Below, piece by piece: positions 24,550-32,000 of a stretch of DNA of 32,000 nt (its first letter is position 1; the number at the start of each line of letters is the position of its first letter). Position numbers and translations under genes: made by a program. Where the stretch lies: positions 870,001 to 902,000 of the forward strand of contig NC_014537.1 in assembly GCF_000148385.1 (NCBI RefSeq), given 5' to 3'. A model generated the notes under the pieces. The model made no database searches. It was not told where the DNA came from and saw only the letters and a list, made by a program, of their open reading frames with translations. This DNA comes from Vulcanisaeta distributa DSM 14429 (GTDB taxonomy: Archaea; Thermoproteota; Thermoprotei; Thermoproteales; Thermocladiaceae).

Positions 24550-26904
24550 ATGGAATTAGCATTTTGGTTATTAGACATTACCTACGGCGTTATCGGCAAC
24601 ACGCCAGAGTTAAGGTTATTCGGTATTACGGATGATGGTAAGAGGGTCCTCGTTTTAGATAGGTCATTTAGGCCGTACTTCTACGTAATACCGTCAGGTG
24701 ACGTCAATGCCGTTTTTAATAACGTTAAGCGCAAGTTGGAGGGTAAGGTATTGAATGTGGAGGTTATTAAGCGTAAGATGTTCGGTAACGAGGTTGACGC
24801 CATTAGGGTTACCGCGACAATACCTGAGAAGGTTAGGGAGCTTAGGGAGCTTGCCGCCGAGGTTCCTGGCGTTGAGGATGTGCTTGAGGCAGACATTAGG
24901 TTCTCACAGAGGTATTTACTGGACATGGGTGTTAAGCCGAGTAATTGGATTGTCGTTGATCAGTGTGAGGAGGTTAAGGGTAATTACCAGGTTGACCTGG
25001 TCTGCTTGGCTAAGTCAAGGCCTAGAATGATTGAGGAACATAAATTACCTAGTTTCAGGGTACTTGCGTTTGATATCGAGGTTTATAACCCGAGGGGTAT
25101 GCCTAACCCTGATAGGGACCCCGTCATAATAATATCGACCATGACTAAGGAGGATGGCGTTAAGATGTTTGTGGTGGACGATAATAAGAATGACGCTAAG
25201 ATAATCAGGGAGTTCCTAGATTACTTCAGGAAGTACGACCCCGACATTGTGGTTGGCTATAACAATAATGGCTTTGACTGGCCTTACTTAGTTAATAGGT
25301 CGTCAAGGGTTGGCGTTAGGTTAGCCCTGTCCAGGATGGGTAATCCACCTGAGCCAAGTGTGTATGGTCACTGGTCGATAATTGGTAGGGCAAATGTTGA
25401 CCTGTACAACTTCATTGAGGAGATTAGTGAGATAAAGGTGAAGAGCCTTGATAGGGCCGCCGAGTTCTTCGGAATAATGAAGAGGAGTGAGCGCGTCCTA
25501 ATACCTGGCCACAGGATACATGAGTATTGGGATGATAAGAATAAGCGTGATTTGCTCCTTAAGTATGCTAGGGATGACGTGGTAAGTACGTATGGATTGG
25601 CGGAGAAGCTGCTTCCATTCGCGATCCAATTATCCTCAATATCAGGACTACCCCTGGATCAGGTTGGTGCGGCTAGTGTTGGTGCTAGGGTTGAGTGGAT
25701 GATATTCTATGAGGCAGTTAAGAGGGGTGAATTGGCACCTAACCGTGAGGAGAGGCCATACGAGACCTACAAGGGCGCTGTCGTGCTTGAGCCGAGGCCT
25801 GGGCTTCATGAGAACATTGCCGTAATAGACTTCTCAAGTATGTATCCGAGTATCATGATGAAGTACAACGTCTCACCAGATACGCTGGTGCTTGGGGATT
25901 GTGGTGATTGCTACGTGGCACCTGAGGTTAATTATAAGTTTAGGAGGTCACCAGAGGGGTTGTACCCTGGTTTACTTAGGATTCTTGTTGAAAGCAGGCG
26001 TAGGGTAAGGGACTTAATGAAGAAGTACCCTGAGAATAGCCCTGAGTGGGTTCTCCTGAATGAGAGGCAGAGGGCGCTTAAGGTTATGGCTAATGCCATG
26101 TATGGGTATTGTGGCTGGTTAGGGGCCAGGTGGTATAGGCGTGAGGTGGCTGAGGCCGTAACGGCATGGGGCAGAAACCTATTGAGAACCGTTATTGAGA
26201 AGGCAAGGTCCCTGGGCCTACCAATTATTTATGGTGACACCGACAGCTTATTCGTTAGGAACATTAGTGATAAGGTTGATGCCCTAATAAATTACGTCAA
26301 TAATGAACTTGGCTTTGAGGTTAAGGTTGATAAGGTATATAGGAGGGTTTTGTTTACCGAGGCTAAGAAGAGGTATGTGGGTTTGACTGTGGAGGGGGAG
26401 GTCGATATTGTTGGTTTTGAGGCTGTTAGGGGTGATTGGGCTGAGATTGCTAAGGATGTTCAGGAGAATGTTGCTGAGATTGTGCTAACGACAGGTGATG
26501 TTGGTAAGGCTATTTCTTACGTTAAGTCTGTTATTGATAAGGTTAAGGCATATCAATTCGACATTGATGATGTGATTATTTGGAAGACCCTAGATAAGTC
26601 ACTGAATGAATATAAGGTATTAACACCTCATGTCGCTGCAGCCAAGCAGTTGGTGGAGGCTGGTTATAAGGTTGGTAAGGGCGACATGATTGGTTACGTG
26701 GTTGTTAAGGGTGGCGGTGCTAAGTTGGCTTATAAGGTTAAACCATACATACTCATTAAGGACATTAGGGAGGTTGATGTTGATTATTACGTTGAGAAGC
26801 AGATAGTCCCTGCTGCAATGAGGATACTCGAGGTTTTGGGAGTTAAGGAGTCGCAGCTTATGGAGGGTAAGGCGGGTAAGTCAATACTTGATTACTTCTC
26901 GTAA
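24550..26904 (+). CDS. polB: Family B DNA polymerase (size consistent with crenarchaeal PolB3/Dpo3-type; subtype not resolved here)
   Basis: 784 aa. Exo I FDIEV, Exo II NNNGFDWPYL, motif A DFSSMYPSIM, motif B KVMANAMYGY and motif C YGDTDS are present. There is no intein. Confidence 0.95.
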   Translation: MELAFWLLDITYGVIGNTPELRLFGITDDGKRVLVLDRSFRPYFYVIPSGDVNAVFNNVKRKLEGKVLNVEVIKRKMFGNEVDAIRVTATIPEKVRELRELAAEVPGVEDVLEADIRFSQRYLLDMGVKPSNWIVVDQCEEVKGNYQVDLVCLAKSRPRMIEEHKLPSFRVLAFDIEVYNPRGMPNPDRDPVIIISTMTKEDGVKMFVVDDNKNDAKIIREFLDYFRKYDPDIVVGYNNNGFDWPYLVNRSSRVGVRLALSRMGNPPEPSVYGHWSIIGRANVDLYNFIEEISEIKVKSLDRAAEFFGIMKRSERVLIPGHRIHEYWDDKNKRDLLLKYARDDVVSTYGLAEKLLPFAIQLSSISGLPLDQVGAASVGARVEWMIFYEAVKRGELAPNREERPYETYKGAVVLEPRPGLHENIAVIDFSSMYPSIMMKYNVSPDTLVLGDCGDCYVAPEVNYKFRRSPEGLYPGLLRILVESRRRVRDLMKKYPENSPEWVLLNERQRALKVMANAMYGYCGWLGARWYRREVAEAVTAWGRNLLRTVIEKARSLGLPIIYGDTDSLFVRNISDKVDALINYVNNELGFEVKVDKVYRRVLFTEAKKRYVGLTVEGEVDIVGFEAVRGDWAEIAKDVQENVAEIVLTTGDVGKAISYVKSVIDKVKAYQFDIDDVIIWKTLDKSLNEYKVLTPHVAAAKQLVEAGYKVGKGDMIGYVVVKGGGAKLAYKVKPYILIKDIREVDVDYYVEKQIVPAAMRILEVLGVKESQLMEGKAGKSILDYFS

Positions 26905-26947
26905 AATTAAAGAAAGATAGTACAAAATATCACTATTTTATTATAAG

Positions 26948-28333
26948 TCACTTAGCCCCTGTGCCCGCCCCAGCCTTACTTAGGTACTCATCGATCGTCA
27001 TTATCAACATGTCAGTGGGTACCTTCGTTATATTGCCTACCCTCGACATTATCAATAACTTAACGCCTTTACTCGATGCGACATCCACGAGACGCTGTGT
27101 GCAAACTCCATCAAATATTACGGCATATGCATTGGGCAGTTGCTGTAGTGTATCAACGAGGTCTCTCACGGGTATTCTCTTTATTTCAGTCCAGTGGTCA
27201 TCATATATTATGGCCTCCAGGGTTCCACCAAGCTTCTTCATCTCATCAATGACATTTGGAGGTAATTGAGGAATCTCAGGGCTTGGTTGACTTAGTTGCT
27301 GAGGTTGGGTCGTTTGTTGAGGCGTTACCTGGGCCTGCATCGCCGGTGGTGTTGGCTGTATTGGCTGTGGTTGTGGCAATACCTGGACCTTCTCGGCCTG
27401 TTGTGGCTGTTCCTGTATTGGAACCTCTATGGCCTGGGCCTGCGGTATTTCCTGCTGAGCCTGCTGCCTAGCCTCCTCAATCATCTTCCTCTCCCTCTTC
27501 TCAAGGCTTGCCAGGTATTCCTCAGCCGGTACCTTATTCCTAAGGGCCTTCGTTATTTCCTTAGCCGTTAACTGCTCAACCTCCTTGCCAGGTGGCGCCC
27601 TGGCTATATAATCAATGTCTGCATACTTAAGTAACTCCTTGAGCAGCATTTCGCCACCCCTATCTCCGTCTACAAACGCTATCGTTGTCTTCTTCTTGCT
27701 CAGCTCAACAACCGTCTTAGGAACACCACCGCTTGAGCCACCAAGTCCTATCACGTTCTTGAAGCCATGCTTGACCAGGTTAAGTACATCGGCCCTACCC
27801 TCAACGATTATTATGGTATCGGCCGTATCAACCTCAGGCCCCGCGGGTAGCTTCTCAGGCCCGTACTCAATGACCTCGGTCTCCCTAATGCTTTCCATGA
27901 ACTTCGTAATCAACTCTTTAGTATCCGGCAATGCCTCGTGCTCAACGAGCTTAAGTAATTCCCTGGCTCTATCAAAGATCTTCTTCCTCTTTTCCTCCCT
28001 TAGGTCTTTAATCTCGACTACCTGAACCTTAGCATTATAGGGACCAACCTTATCCACGGTCTCGATCATAGCAGCGACGAGGGCTGTCTCATACCTATCT
28101 AGATTTGATGGTATGTATACCTTACCGACGGTCTTATCGCCCTTATACTCAGTCTCAACCTCTATCCTGCCTATCCTGCCATTCATTTGAAGTTCCCTTA
28201 GGTCAAGTTCATTGCCTAGTAGGCCCTCGGTTTGACTAAACAGTGCGCCTATTATGTCGTATTTCTCCACTGTTCCCTGAACCTCCACGTTAGCTACTAT
28301 GAGGTATTTAGCCACGATTGTTAAGGCTCCCAT
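26948..28333 (-). CDS. dnaG: Archaeal DnaG-type primase (TOPRIM; exosome-associated DnaG)
   Basis: 461 aa. The N-terminal KYLIVANVEVQGTVEKYDIIGALFSQTEGLLG is typical of archaeal DnaG. The TOPRIM motifs IIIVEGRADV and FVDGDRGGE are present. A roughly 70-aa Gln/Pro-rich segment separates TOPRIM from the C-terminal domain. Confidence 0.9.
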   Translation of the reverse strand: MGALTIVAKYLIVANVEVQGTVEKYDIIGALFSQTEGLLGNELDLRELQMNGRIGRIEVETEYKGDKTVGKVYIPSNLDRYETALVAAMIETVDKVGPYNAKVQVVEIKDLREEKRKKIFDRARELLKLVEHEALPDTKELITKFMESIRETEVIEYGPEKLPAGPEVDTADTIIIVEGRADVLNLVKHGFKNVIGLGGSSGGVPKTVVELSKKKTTIAFVDGDRGGEMLLKELLKYADIDYIARAPPGKEVEQLTAKEITKALRNKVPAEEYLASLEKRERKMIEEARQQAQQEIPQAQAIEVPIQEQPQQAEKVQVLPQPQPIQPTPPAMQAQVTPQQTTQPQQLSQPSPEIPQLPPNVIDEMKKLGGTLEAIIYDDHWTEIKRIPVRDLVDTLQQLPNAYAVIFDGVCTQRLVDVASSKGVKLLIMSRVGNITKVPTDMLIMTIDEYLSKAGAGTGAK

Positions 28334-28439
28334 TACGACACCAAGTACTTCATGACTAACCAGATTAAAATAGTTTCTCTTGACAAAGACAATTATTAAA
28401 AGGGCAAGGCTATTTAAAGGAGTCAGTACGGCATATTAC

Positions 28440-29345
28440 GTGTCTACGGACTTATTGAAAATTTATGAAAGACTTGGCGCCATTGCCAGGGATGCCCTTA
28501 ACTACGCAATGTCCATAGTGGAACCTGGAATGCCAGTACTTGAGCTATGCGAGAAGGTTGAGAATAGGATTAGGCAGAGCGGTGCGAAGCCCGCGTTTCC
28601 CGTCAATATTAGTATTAATGATGTTGCCGCTCATTACACAGCCACCATAGGTGATAAGTCGGTGATACCGAAGGGCGCGGTGGTGAAGATAGACCTTGGC
28701 GCCCACATTGATGGTTACATAGTGGATACCGCAGTCACAGTCACCTTTAACCCAATGTACAGCCAATTAATTAAGGCATCAATGAAGGCGCTGGAGGCGG
28801 CGCAATTAAGCATGAAGCCTGGAGCCACATTAGCATCGATTGGCGCTCAAATAGAGAGGGCCATAAAGTCCTTTGGATTTAAGCCAATTAAGAACTTGAG
28901 CGGTCATTTAATAAGGAAGTACGTACTCCACGCAGGTAAGTCAATCCCCAATTACGATAATGGCGACCGACAGAGGATAATCGAGGGTGAGGTATATGCG
29001 GTAGAACCATTCTCAACTAATGGCGCTGGTTACGTGGATGACGGGCCGCAAGTCACTATTTACCACTTGTTCAAGGATCCAAGCCCTAAGGATCCCCATT
29101 ATGACGTACTTACGTATATAATTAATGAGATTGGTCCATTACCATTCACCCCCAGGTGGCTTGTCTCGAAGTTTGGTGAGGAGGTTGGTAATGTAATAAG
29201 TGAGTTGTACGTGAAGGATTATGTTTATGGTTACCCAGTATTGATTGAGCATGGCAAAGGTCTGGTGGCTCAGGTTGAGGATACGTTCATAATAACTAAG
29301 GATGGGGCTATCCCCGTCGTGAATGTGCTTTCACTATTAAAGTGA
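28440..29345 (+). CDS. map: Methionine aminopeptidase, type 2 (archaeal MetAP)
   Basis: KPAFPVNISINDVAAHYT, IDLGAHIDGYIVDTAVT, NLSGH, YAVEPF and VAQVEDT are colinear with P. furiosus MetAP as recalled. The first in-frame ATG (about 28506) lies within the region aligning to the conserved N-terminal helix and would truncate it. I prefer GTG 28440 (301 aa) because TATA tatttaaa (28411-28418) lies 22-29 nt upstream. The track start is TTG 28380. Confidence 0.88.
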   Translation: MSTDLLKIYERLGAIARDALNYAMSIVEPGMPVLELCEKVENRIRQSGAKPAFPVNISINDVAAHYTATIGDKSVIPKGAVVKIDLGAHIDGYIVDTAVTVTFNPMYSQLIKASMKALEAAQLSMKPGATLASIGAQIERAIKSFGFKPIKNLSGHLIRKYVLHAGKSIPNYDNGDRQRIIEGEVYAVEPFSTNGAGYVDDGPQVTIYHLFKDPSPKDPHYDVLTYIINEIGPLPFTPRWLVSKFGEEVGNVISELYVKDYVYGYPVLIEHGKGLVAQVEDTFIITKDGAIPVVNVLSLLK

Positions 29346-29350
29346 GGAGA

Positions 29351-30067
29351 TTATTTGCCGAATCTCCTTTCTCTCCTTGAATAATCATCAAGTGCCTGCT
29401 TAAGGTCCTCCTTAGTTATTTCCGGCCAATACTTATTCAGGATGTATAATTCAGAGTAGGCGGTTTCATAAAGTAGGAAATTACTTATTCTGTGCTCCCC
29501 ACCAGTCCTGATTATTAAGTCAGGCTCGGGGTATGGCTCATCACCTATATAAAGATACCTAAACAGGGTATCCTCGTTTAGGTCGCTGATGTTTAACTTA
29601 CCGCTATTATAATCGACGAGTATCTTCTTAATTGCATCAATTATTTCCTGCCTACCACCATAAACCACTGCCAGGTTTAAGTAATGATCGGAATAATTTG
29701 CCGTAGCCTCCTCAGTGAGTGCTATCTCTCTACGAACATCCTCAGGCAGGAGCCAAGTCCTACCAATGACCCTAACCCTGACCCTATTCCTATGAATTCT
29801 CTCATCCTTTCTAACTTTAATCAATTTTTCCTTTAATAATCTATATAATAAATCCAACTCCAACTTGGATCTTCTAAGGAAGTTCTCAGTAGATAGAACG
29901 TACACAGTAACGATTTTTATGCCAAAATCTAATGACCAATCTAAGAACTCCTCAACCTTATCTGACCCAATCCTATAGGCCTCTGTTATTGGTAGTCCAA
30001 CCTTCCTAGCCCACCTCCTGTTTCCATCTGGTATAACGCCAATGTGTATTGGCAATGCACCTTGCAT
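29351..30067 (-). CDS. uppS: cis-Prenyltransferase (undecaprenyl/dolichyl-type diphosphate synthase, UppS family)
   Basis: 238 aa. It has IGVIPDGNRRWA, TVYVLSTENFLR, the C-terminal IRTGGEHRISNFLLYETAYSELY and RRFG. Confidence 0.92.
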   Translation of the reverse strand: MQGALPIHIGVIPDGNRRWARKVGLPITEAYRIGSDKVEEFLDWSLDFGIKIVTVYVLSTENFLRRSKLELDLLYRLLKEKLIKVRKDERIHRNRVRVRVIGRTWLLPEDVRREIALTEEATANYSDHYLNLAVVYGGRQEIIDAIKKILVDYNSGKLNISDLNEDTLFRYLYIGDEPYPEPDLIIRTGGEHRISNFLLYETAYSELYILNKYWPEITKEDLKQALDDYSRRERRFGK

Positions 30068-30187
30068 TCTATTTGCATTCTTGAGGTATATTTCCCTCTT
30101 TTAAAGTTATGCACTGCCTAATTTACGGTCTTAATTACTGAGTAACACATTTAATTTAAAGAGTTAAGTCCCGAGAATGATCGCATA

Positions 30188-31351
30188 ATGAGGGTATTAA
30201 TACTCGGTATCGATGGGTATTTAGGCTGGGCCTTGGCATTAAGGCTCATCAGGAGAGGTCATGAGGTTATCGGCATCGATAATTTCTACACTAGAAAGGC
30301 CGTAAATGAGGTTGGCTCCGACTCAGCATTACCCATACTCTCAATGCGGGATAGGATTAGGGCAGTTGAGGAGATCTTTGGTGCTAGGATTGAGTTTATC
30401 GAGGGCGATGTCACGAATTATGACCTAGTAAGGAGGGTTATTGAGAGGTATAGACCTGACACAATTGTTCACTTCGCTGAACAGAGGTCGGCTCCGTATT
30501 CAATGATTGATGTTGAGCATGCTAAGTACACGATAATCAATAACCTAACATCAACACTAAACGTGATATACGCCATTAGGGAGGTTAGGAGGGATATCCA
30601 CATACTTAAGATGGGCACGCTGGGTGAGTACGGCTACCCAGCATTTAAGATACCGGAGGATGCCTTTATTGATGCCGTTATCCAGGGGGTTAGGGATAGG
30701 ATTGTCGTGCCCAGGTGGGCTGGTTCCTGGTACCACTGGAGTAAGGTGTTTGATTCATACATGCTCCTATACGCGAATAAACTGTGGGGCTTGACAATAA
30801 CTGATTTTCACCAGGGACCGGTTTATGGGACTAGGACCACGGACATAATCTCCGAGGAGTTATTCACTAGGTTTGATGTTGATGATGTGTGGGGCACTGT
30901 GATAAATAGGTTCTGTGCTGAGGCTGTGGTTAACCATCCATTGACTATATACGGAAGCGGCCTACAGAAGAAGGGGTTCACGTCGCTTGAGGATACAATA
31001 ACGGCATTAGCAGCGTTGATAGAGAATCCGCCGGAGCCTGGTGAGTTTAGGACGGTACATCACTATAGGGAAATAAAGACTCTAAATGAGATGGCCGAGT
31101 TGGTTAGGAAGGCGGCCAAGCAGGTGCTTGGTTATGAACCAGAGATAGAGCATTTACCAAACCCAAGGGTTGAGCCGGAGGAGGACCTGCTCTATGAGCC
31201 TGAGAAGAAGGTGCTACCTAAGTTAGGTATTTACAGGCTTACTAGGGTTATGGAGGATGAGATCGTCACAATACTCAAGGACCTTAAGCCATACGCTGAC
31301 AGGATTAGGAAGATTGAGGCCTTGTTTAAGCCTAGGGTGAGGTGGAGATGA
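30188..31351 (+). CDS. agl3: UDP-sulfoquinovose synthase (SQD1/SqdB/Agl3 family, SDR fold)
   Basis: 387 aa. It is colinear with plant SQD1 as recalled: GIDGYLGWA vs GGDGYCGWA, VHFAEQRSAPYSMID vs VHFGEQRSAPYSMID, LKMGTLGEYG vs VKLGTMGEYG, INRFCAEAVVNHPLTIYGSG vs [20 protein letters not shown], and PNPRVEPEE vs PNPRVEAEE. Confidence 0.85.
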   Translation: MRVLILGIDGYLGWALALRLIRRGHEVIGIDNFYTRKAVNEVGSDSALPILSMRDRIRAVEEIFGARIEFIEGDVTNYDLVRRVIERYRPDTIVHFAEQRSAPYSMIDVEHAKYTIINNLTSTLNVIYAIREVRRDIHILKMGTLGEYGYPAFKIPEDAFIDAVIQGVRDRIVVPRWAGSWYHWSKVFDSYMLLYANKLWGLTITDFHQGPVYGTRTTDIISEELFTRFDVDDVWGTVINRFCAEAVVNHPLTIYGSGLQKKGFTSLEDTITALAALIENPPEPGEFRTVHHYREIKTLNEMAELVRKAAKQVLGYEPEIEHLPNPRVEPEEDLLYEPEKKVLPKLGIYRLTRVMEDEIVTILKDLKPYADRIRKIEALFKPRVRWR

Positions 31352-31404
31352 TCATTGCTTAATCACCTAAATAAATTAATATTAGTTATTTTTGCCGTAG
31401 ATTG

Positions 31405-32000
31405 ATGAGATTATTATTCATACATGCAGAGGATTTCTCATACCAGGTTAGGGATAAGGCTGTTGAAAACCCAGAACCACTAACGCCAGAGCTTGAGAAG
31501 GGCTCCGCAAGGAATGCGCTCGTGGTATTCATGAGCGTTGAGGAAAACGATACTGAGGACCCTAATTACGTGGATTACGTGGCCGACGAGATACTGGACG
31601 TACTTAATAAGGTTAAGGCATCACAAATAGTTCTCTACCCATACGCACACCTAAGTCCCAACCTAGCCAAGCCAGGTAAGGCATTGAGCGTATTGCTAGC
31701 GGTTTACAATAGGTTGAGGGAGAAGTCACCTGTCCCTGTGTCAAGGGCGCCCTTTGGTTATTACAAGGCATTTGACATTAAGTGCTATGGACATCCTCTA
31801 TCGGAATTAAGTAAATCCCTTAGCCCAAACATGGTTAGTGCCCAGGCAGTGCAGCAGCAAGTGGTTAGTAGGGACTACTACGTAATATTAACGCCGAGTG
31901 GTGAGGAGTACGATGCAACGAAGTACCCATTTAAGCCAGGCGAGGATGACCTAAAGGCATTGGTTGAGAAGGAGGTCTTGAAGAGGGAGCTTGAGGGTGG
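31405..32000 (+). CDS. thrS: Threonyl-tRNA synthetase, N-terminal archaeal editing domain (partial; runs off the window end)
   Basis: This open frame is absent from the track because it has no stop in the window. The hand translation MRLLFIHAEDFSYQVRDKAVENPEP...VLYPYAHLSPNLAKP...APFGYYKAFDIKCYGHPLSELS matches the P. abyssi ThrRS editing domain as recalled. A TATA-like aaataaatta lies upstream. Confidence 0.85.
   Translation, partial: MRLLFIHAEDFSYQVRDKAVENPEPLTPELEKGSARNALVVFMSVEENDTEDPNYVDYVADEILDVLNKVKASQIVLYPYAHLSPNLAKPGKALSVLLAVYNRLREKSPVPVSRAPFGYYKAFDIKCYGHPLSELSKSLSPNMVSAQAVQQQVVSRDYYVILTPSGEEYDATKYPFKPGEDDLKALVEKEVLKRELEG

Noticed and set aside
27256-27571. Two overlapping plus-strand ORFs (71 and 91 aa)
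   Set aside because: They are artefacts of the GC-rich Gln/Pro-coding repeat of dnaG on the opposite strand. Their Leu/Trp/Pro-rich products are implausible.
23732-28439. Possible replication origin near the polB and dnaG genes (AT-rich spacers at 23732-23985, 24475-24549, 26905-26947 and 28334-28439)
   Set aside because: There are no repeated ORB or mini-ORB-like elements; only a single gtttcc occurs, at about 24531. No orc1/cdc6 gene is adjacent, and the spacers are explained by promoters.
1-32000. CRISPR arrays, tRNA/rRNA genes, IS elements, integrases, toxin-antitoxin or other defence modules
   Set aside because: I scanned intergenic regions and ORF translations. I saw no regularly spaced direct repeats, no cloverleaf-sized GC-rich blocks other than the SRP RNA, and no transposase, integrase or nuclease-type defence signatures.

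Overview
The window reads as core chromosome of an AT-leaning hyperthermophilic crenarchaeon. My guess is Thermoproteales-like (Vulcanisaeta or Caldivirga type), based on gene content, AGG/ATA codon bias and size of the family B polymerase; I cannot verify this without a database. Nearly every gene has a TATA-like box 22-35 nt upstream of its start, which implies leaderless transcripts, and I used this spacing to re-call several start codons. Left to right: the 3' part of an SRP (7S) RNA; a FlaI/GspE-type secretion ATPase with two pilin-like genes; a rearranged ribosomal block (S5-L30-L15-SecY, then SPOUT methylase-L3-L4-L23); and two divergent C/D-box sRNA genes. Next come a hypothetical protein with a poly-Lys/Arg tail, a protein disulfide oxidoreductase, a HAM1 ITPase, a membrane protein and a Zn-ribbon protein, an Lhr-type helicase, and a CYTH gene paired with a GlmU-like gene. 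The right half holds an APC permease, a WtpABC-like tungstate/molybdate ABC transporter, malic enzyme, UPF0147, an Lrp/AsnC regulator, family B DNA polymerase, DnaG primase, MetAP, cis-prenyltransferase, UDP-sulfoquinovose synthase and the start of ThrRS. I found no CRISPR array, rRNA, tRNA, transposase, integrase or obvious defence island. I do not see a convincing large novel system. The items most worth a second look are the unannotated divergent C/D sRNA pair, the platform-less type IV filament mini-locus, the basic-tailed orphan protein, the Q/P-rich linker in DnaG, the CYTH and degenerate nucleotidyltransferase pair, and a 33-codon ORF with its own promoter and terminator.
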